Shown here: positions 57,476 to 64,000 of the stretch, piece by piece | How positions within the stretch are numbered: position 1 is the first letter of the stretch | How the letters are laid out: each line of letters begins with the position of its first letter | Source of the DNA: the human T2T-CHM13v2.0 reference genome, Homo sapiens | DNA length: 64,000 bases | Assembly (NCBI RefSeq): GCF_009914755.1 | Contig: NC_060936.1 | Reading direction: 5' to 3' (one strand) | Program-made: the position numbers and the translations under genes | Notes under the pieces: model-generated | Told to the model about the DNA's origin: nothing | The model's database searches: none | What the model saw: only the letters and a program-made list of their open reading frames with translations

Positions 57476-60400
57476 TTTGAAAGAATCATTTATCCATGCA
57501 TAATTTTATAACGTCATACATTGATTATTTGGAAAATATTGGTTTGCCGAGTTGTGCAGATCTTTCAAATATTGACACATTTCATTACACAGTATTATCA
57601 TGTGCCATGAAACCTTTGGAAAACTCTACTCTACTCTCATGACAGAGTGTGGATGAAAAACACAAATAACTTCTTTGTATTATTATAATAAAGAAGTTTG
57701 GCTTCATGAACCTCCTGAAAGAACCCAGGATACTCAGAGCACACCTTAAGAACCATTGACTTAGAAGATGAGTTAAAAATCTTTCAGAGTCCAGTCTTAT
57801 AAGGCATGTTTCCAAATTAAGCAAAATAAGACATATAGTTTAGAACTTAATAATTTCAGAAACTGAAACCAGTTTGTGGGAATATGAATTTCAATGACTT
57901 TTTACTGTTGTTGTCAGGTATTTTTATTAATGTCAAGTTCCATCTCGTTATGTGATATAAGATAGTTCATGAAGTTGGCCCACCTTTGGTGTCGGGTTTG
58001 CCCCAAATCACTCACCAGTTAGAAACTGAGCTGTGTCAAAGTCCGCAAAACTTAATATTGTCACAACAAAAATATTTTTATTTTTCAAACTCTAGATAGT
58101 GGCCCATTTACTTCAAACAATACTCAAAAGGTTCATGTTTAGTATAAGAAATAATTTGGTTATTCTATAACGTTTATTGAAAAAGAATTTTCTGTAGCTC
58201 TAATGCAAATGTATCTTCCTGTTCGCCCTTTTTAAACTGTAATTTATGATTGTAGAATTTAATAGCTATGAAGAACTAAGATGCGATCTAGTCCAACAGC
58301 CTCATTTTACAAGTGGTAAAAGTAAAATTCAGAAAAGCAAACTGAATAACCACTCTGAAACTGAGCTGAAACCAAAATCCAGCTCACATGGCATGCTGTT
58401 TAGCATTCTCTGCATATACTATTTCCAAAAGAAAATACCTCATCTTATTTGTATTTCCCATTTATGACCCAATCCAAATGGGATATGTGCAAATTTTTTT
58501 CCATTGATTCAACAATAATTCAATTGTTAAGTCATATTTTTTGTAACCCACCCGTAAGTCACAAGTGACATCTTATTAATAAGGGACAAAGAAATATTGA
58601 AATAATTTAGTGAAATGCCCACACATTGCAAAGCTAACCACAGTCAAAAGATTATTATCTATTTTATCTGCCTTGGTGCCATTCTTTTAAATGTAATAAA
58701 CTAAGCTTCAGGGTCTTGAAATAGGCAGTAAAAATGATACTTACCAAAATGACTAAAGATAGGTGCAGTACCATTAAGTAAGCAATAATCCCTTTGAAAT
58801 CAGTCTTTACCAGCAGTTTTTTGCTATGGGCCATTAACACTTTAACTAGCACGTCATTAATACTGGTAATAACCAATTCTGAGGGGATTATTCCTCGAAT
58901 AAACTATATATTATAATTTTTAAGCTTTGTAAAAATTTTCACACTTTTATGTTAACCTTTGAATAATAAGTAAGTGTGGACAGAATTAGCCAAGATTACT
59001 ACTGGCTCATTTTTTAAAACATAAATATTTATCTCTCTCCTTCTGTCTATTCCTATACATTTGCCTATAATGTCTTTAACATTTGAAGACAGTGCTTCTG
59101 GTACACCAAAATGTAGAGAGTTTTGCTATTCTCTTTTTATGCAATATCCCTTAAGACAGTGTAGTGGTTTGCAAATGCCTTCTGTCATTTAGAGCCAAGC
59201 ATTACCATTCATTTCATCTTTTAAAGTCCAAGCCCACCTAAAGTCATTTTTTGTCCAATGTCATCTCGGTCAATTTGCTAATTTTTTTTTTTTTTTTTTT
59301 TTGCACGCCAGAAATACTGAGTGACTTCAGTAATGTAGTGATTTGTTGAACCTCTGCAGCTTCCTCTAGGTGCAAAAGACCACACCCAACATGGAAAGAT
59401 CCCAGTTTAGGAGAGGGGGCCAGAAGAAAAGGTTACTTAATATTTAATCCACAGTGGTAGCCCTGAGGTGAACACCTTGGCCCCAGCTCCCTCTCGTTGC
59501 CCCAGGACACAGAAGCTCCAGCATGGCTTTTCCTGGTACCTTTTAACATTCCGGTTATAATAACTTATTCTTATTTTTACTTCACTCTGGATCTATAGGG
59601 AAGTTGTGGAGGGACTTCTCTGAGATATTTGGTTAACATCACAGCTTGATATTTAGATAAATTTACAAATTATAAAGCAATATTGGGTAAACATAGGTCC
59701 CCTCTAAAAGGATGAGCTAAATGAAGAAAGTCATGGGATATGTGAAAAGATCTTGGGAAGGAAGAAAAAACGTGAGTTGTGGAGAGAAACACCAATCTTC
59801 AAAAGAATCACAAACTCTTCTTTGCTCAGAAATAGTTTACAGGTATAAGAATATTTTATTAAATATATGATTAATGTTGTCTACAATAGTCAAGAAGATG
59901 CTGCCTCTGTGAAATTTGTAAAATAGAAGACAGCAATCCAAGATAAAGACTACCAATTTAAAGCCACAATATAACAAAAGTGAAAAGTACATTCAACACC
60001 AGAGAAAATGGACAAATGAATTAGTAGATACATTTGAAAAGTTTCTTAGGTAAAAGAATAAAAATAAGACTGCATGAAAACAGGAAACTTTTATATATAA
60101 CCAAATTTCACAAGTGGAATTGTTTAAAAACAGGAAAAATATTCACCAAAAAAATTCACAAAAGGCTAATAGCCTTAATTTTTAGGAACCCACAGAAAAC
60201 AGTTAAAAATACTGACTCCTTTAGGTAAGTGAAAAACAAACAATTCAGTAAACAACAGACATGTGCAGCAATATTTACCCTATTTAGTAAGCAAAGACAT
60301 AAATTAAAACATATTATTTTCACTATCAAATTATAAAAATATAAAAGCCTATAATATCTGGAGTGAGGAACTGTTGTGCCCTGCTGGAGGCCATGAAAGA

Positions 60401-60504
60401 AACCATCCCACTTCACCTTTGCTCTAAAAGCAAGTTGGCAATTTGGGAAAATATCAATACATTTTGAGATCTGAGAATCTAAAATCTCCCCATAGGGTAA
60501 TACT

Positions 60505-60835
60505 GTGCAACTGGCCCTGTTTCCTGTGAGAGCTGGAGTCTATGTTCCCTCCTCTGGAATCTAGGTAGGAGCTTGAGACTACTCTGACCAAGAAAGTATG
60601 GAAGATGCATGCAATGTGCCTTCCAAAGTTAAATCACAGGAAGAATACAACTTCCACCTGGTGCTGTCACCTCGTGCGATGCTGCCCCTGGGAACCCAGC
60701 CACCACGATGTGAGGAAGCAAGCAGCCACATGAAAAAGCCATGTTCCACTACAGCCTCAGCTGTTCTAGTCTCCCTAGTCAACTACCAGCATCAACTGCC
60801 AGACATCTGTTGATTCCAAGTGAGAGGAGGTGAGC
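60505..60835 (+). mobile_element. MaLR LTR fragment (MLT1G/H-like)
   Basis: 'ggagtctatgttccctcctctggaatct...ggaacccagccaccacgatgtgaggaagc...cagcatcaactgccagacat'. Confidence 0.75.
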
Positions 60836-60899
60836 TTTCTCCACCGAGGCCTCCCCAGATTGGAGATTCATCAGCAAAATGTGTTTATTCCCATCCCCA

Positions 60900-61195
60900 C
60901 AACTTTAAACAGTGTGGGTTTAGAAGTCTTCATCCTGGCAAAAGGAATGCTTCCAGTAAGGAATACAACAATGGTCCTGTAGAACTGGGAGTTAACATTA
61001 CCACTGAGCCATTCTGGCTTCTCCATACCAATGAACCAACAGGCAAAATGTGTTATTGTACTGGCCGAGGTCATTAATCTTGATGAACAAAGGGAAACTG
61101 GTTGCTGCTTAGGATAGACTATGTCTAGACTAGAACTTGAGACTCTTTGGGGGCAACTCTTAGTACTTTCTGAGTAACATTTAGAACTGTGGTTA
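60900..61195 (+). mobile_element. ERVL internal remnant (dUTPase-like region)
   Basis: 'ggaatgcttccagtaaggaatacaacaatggtcctgtagaactgggag...gaaccaacaggcaaaa...gtactggccgaggtcattaatcttgat'. Similar to 3240-3430. Confidence 0.65.
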
Positions 61196-62345
61196 CTGGT
61201 AGTAAATATCAGAGGTTTATAAACTTTCCAAAGAAACTTATCAAATGTTTTGATTCAAGGCAAAGACTAAAGGGACATTCTCAGTCACCAACTTTACACG
61301 GACAGTCAGGAACACAAAGAGCTTGTCCGCAAAAAGGAAAAGCCAGACCACCTAGGTCCTGGAAGACTGAGCCCCTTAAGCTCAGTAGAAATTCCCTCTC
61401 TGAAGCATCAAGTTCCAGGAAGTCTAGATGGCCAGATTGGATGGAAAGAGAAAGAGGGACAAAATTGCTTGTCACTTGCCACTGTACACTTCCACATTTC
61501 ATCAGTTCTAATTCCAATAGTGAAGAAGTTTCTATCCTCTCAAATTATAGCAGCCTAATATGATTTACACAAACATCTTATGTACCATTAGGCTTACACA
61601 AAAAATTAGAACACATTTTCCTTTTCTTTATGAAGATGTTCAAATATTCAGAATCTGGTTTCTAAACAGGATTTCATTACTAAAGAAAAGAAACTCTTTT
61701 ATGTTTCTTGCAAGTTTTAAGGAAAGAAACTGAATAGATCTTTAAATTAAAAATTTTTCCCCATTTGAATTCAGCAATAAAAATAATTTTATTACCTGAA
61801 TACCTGAGTATATTATCTTTAAAAATCAATTGTAGCATTACCATCTATTAAAAAGCAAGAATAATGAAACCTTGTTTCCTGAGCTACACAAATTTTGAAA
61901 AGTCAATCAAAGCCATAGTTCAATACAAGATCACTTAGAAGTTAAGACATTATCATATTAAAAATCAAAGCTTTCAGACATTTAGCTTTACTTAAAAGTC
62001 ACCCGATATTAAATTGGAATGTTTCACTTACTTAAATTCCCTTTAATGAAGATCTTTGTGCATCTTCTCATCTATATTAGTCCCTGATGATTATACCCCA
62101 AGGATATTAAAATCTCAGTCTGTCAGAATCACCAGAAAATATCTTCAAATGTACACTTAGCAATCTTTGCAATCTGAGTTGGTAGTTCAAAGTATTTATT
62201 ATCTGTAGCTAGGATGCTGCATTTGTCACTTTGCAAATGAGTTTTAAAGTAGTTGCCCAATTGCTGGCTTGAACTGGATGATTAAATCTTAAGAAAAGTT
62301 AGGACAACATAGAAGAATTGTTGAAGATACTCAAAACTGTCAAGG

Positions 62346-62626
62346 GGCTGGATGTGGTGGCTCGTGCCTATAATCCCAGCACTTTGGGAGGCCCAATGCA
62401 GGAGAATTGCTTGAGTCCAGAAGTTCAAGACCAGCCTGGGCAACTTGGTGAAACCCCATCTCTACAAAAAAAATTACAAAAATCAGCAGGGTGTAGTGGC
62501 ACATACCTGTAATCCCAGCTACTTGTGAGGCTGAGGCAGGAGGATTGCTTGAGCTAGGAAGGCTGAGGCTGCAGTGGCCAGAGATTGCGCACCACACTCC
62601 GGACTGGGTGACAGAGTGACCCATGT
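62346..62626 (+). mobile_element. AluJ with essentially no A tail
   Basis: 'ggaggattgcttgag' AluJ diagnostics. Degenerate TSD aaactgtcaagg / aaattggcaagg. Confidence 0.9.
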
Positions 62627-63271
62627 AAATTGGCAAGGTAAAAGCTGGTGTCAGAATAGCTATGGAAACACAAATGAAAGTTGAAAAAAGCCCATAGAAA
62701 ATAAGATGTTTGAGAGAATGCTGAAAGGAATGGAAATATTTGGTTGAATATATACATTTCCTTTATCTGAATTTGTCTGGATTCATTTCATGTAACCTAC
62801 AAACTGATCATTCATTATAAGCTATAATCTCCAGCCAAAAAATAACCAAAATATGTAAATAGTATTTAAATAAAATACCATTAACTCAATTTTCAGTCTT
62901 TTATCACTTCATGGTTCACCTTCTTCATGAAACTGTTCTTAATTTATCTGATAAAGGAATTCTGAAAAAAATGATGTACCCCTTCACCAATGTATTTGGT
63001 TGAAAATTAACATTTTCATCATAACTTTCATGGTTGCAAAGGATCTAATTTTTAGCATGTTAGAAGTATTAACATTTTTGATATAACTATTACCTCATTC
63101 ATTTAAATGTATTCAATGGATTCCAAGTATTGTGCTTTCTTATTTCAAATTTTAAGATATCTGAAATTGGGATGACTATCATTATTACTCTAGTCAAGTG
63201 TCAGGCATGCTTGTGGGTGTCAGTGACTTAGAAGAAAATTCCAGAGAAAATTATATTTAAGAAATGCTATA

Positions 63272-63661
<390 letters not shown>

Positions 63662-63849
63662 CTAAAAGATCTCTTTCAATACATATAGAATAAAATTTTT
63701 AAGTAAGTGATTAAAAAAAAGTCATGTCAGTTTCAGTTACAGAATTTTCTCTTAGTGAAACAAAAAGTAATAGTAGTAACTTAGATTTAATAAAATAGGA
63801 GATTACAATTATTTAATACCCACTGATATCCATTTTTATTACATGAATA

Positions 63850-64000
63850 AATTCTTTTTATGGTGGTAAAATACATAACATAAAATTTATTATTTTGCCA
63901 TTTTTAAGTTTAAAGTTAAATTGCATCAAGTACATTCACATTGTTGTGCAATCTTCACCACCATCCGTCTCCAAAATGTTTTCATCATCTCAATCTGAAA
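63850..64000 (-). mobile_element. L1MB-type 3' end
   Basis: 'ggtaaaatacataacataaaatttattattttgccatttttaag...agtacattcacattgttgtgcaatc'. Confidence 0.85.

Overview
This is primate (almost certainly human) euchromatic DNA. It is AT-rich and CpG-depleted, with no CpG island and no protein-coding exon I can recognise, so it is most likely intergenic or deep-intronic. I cannot name the locus. Roughly half the window is transposable-element sequence. The largest element is a full-length but decayed minus-strand L1PA15/16 (37.8-47.8 kb), which carries a nested L1PA7/8, an internal copy of its own 3' region, a ~113-bp tandem array in the 5'UTR and a micro-inversion at its 5' junction. A twin-primed (5'-inverted) L1PA3-like element sits inside a Charlie1 hAT transposon (54.4-57.8 kb). 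There are also 12 Alus or Alu fragments, several MaLR, ERV1 and ERVL LTRs, two ERVL internal remnants, MER DNA transposons, a MADE1 hairpin and microsatellites (TATC, GGAAT, GGAA). Every ORF with a recognisable product is a retroelement or transposase remnant. I found no evidence of a new multi-gene system. The most interesting observations are rearrangement scars with readable junctions and a few candidate regulatory elements. Subfamily assignments come from recalled consensus sequences and need RepeatMasker/Dfam confirmation.
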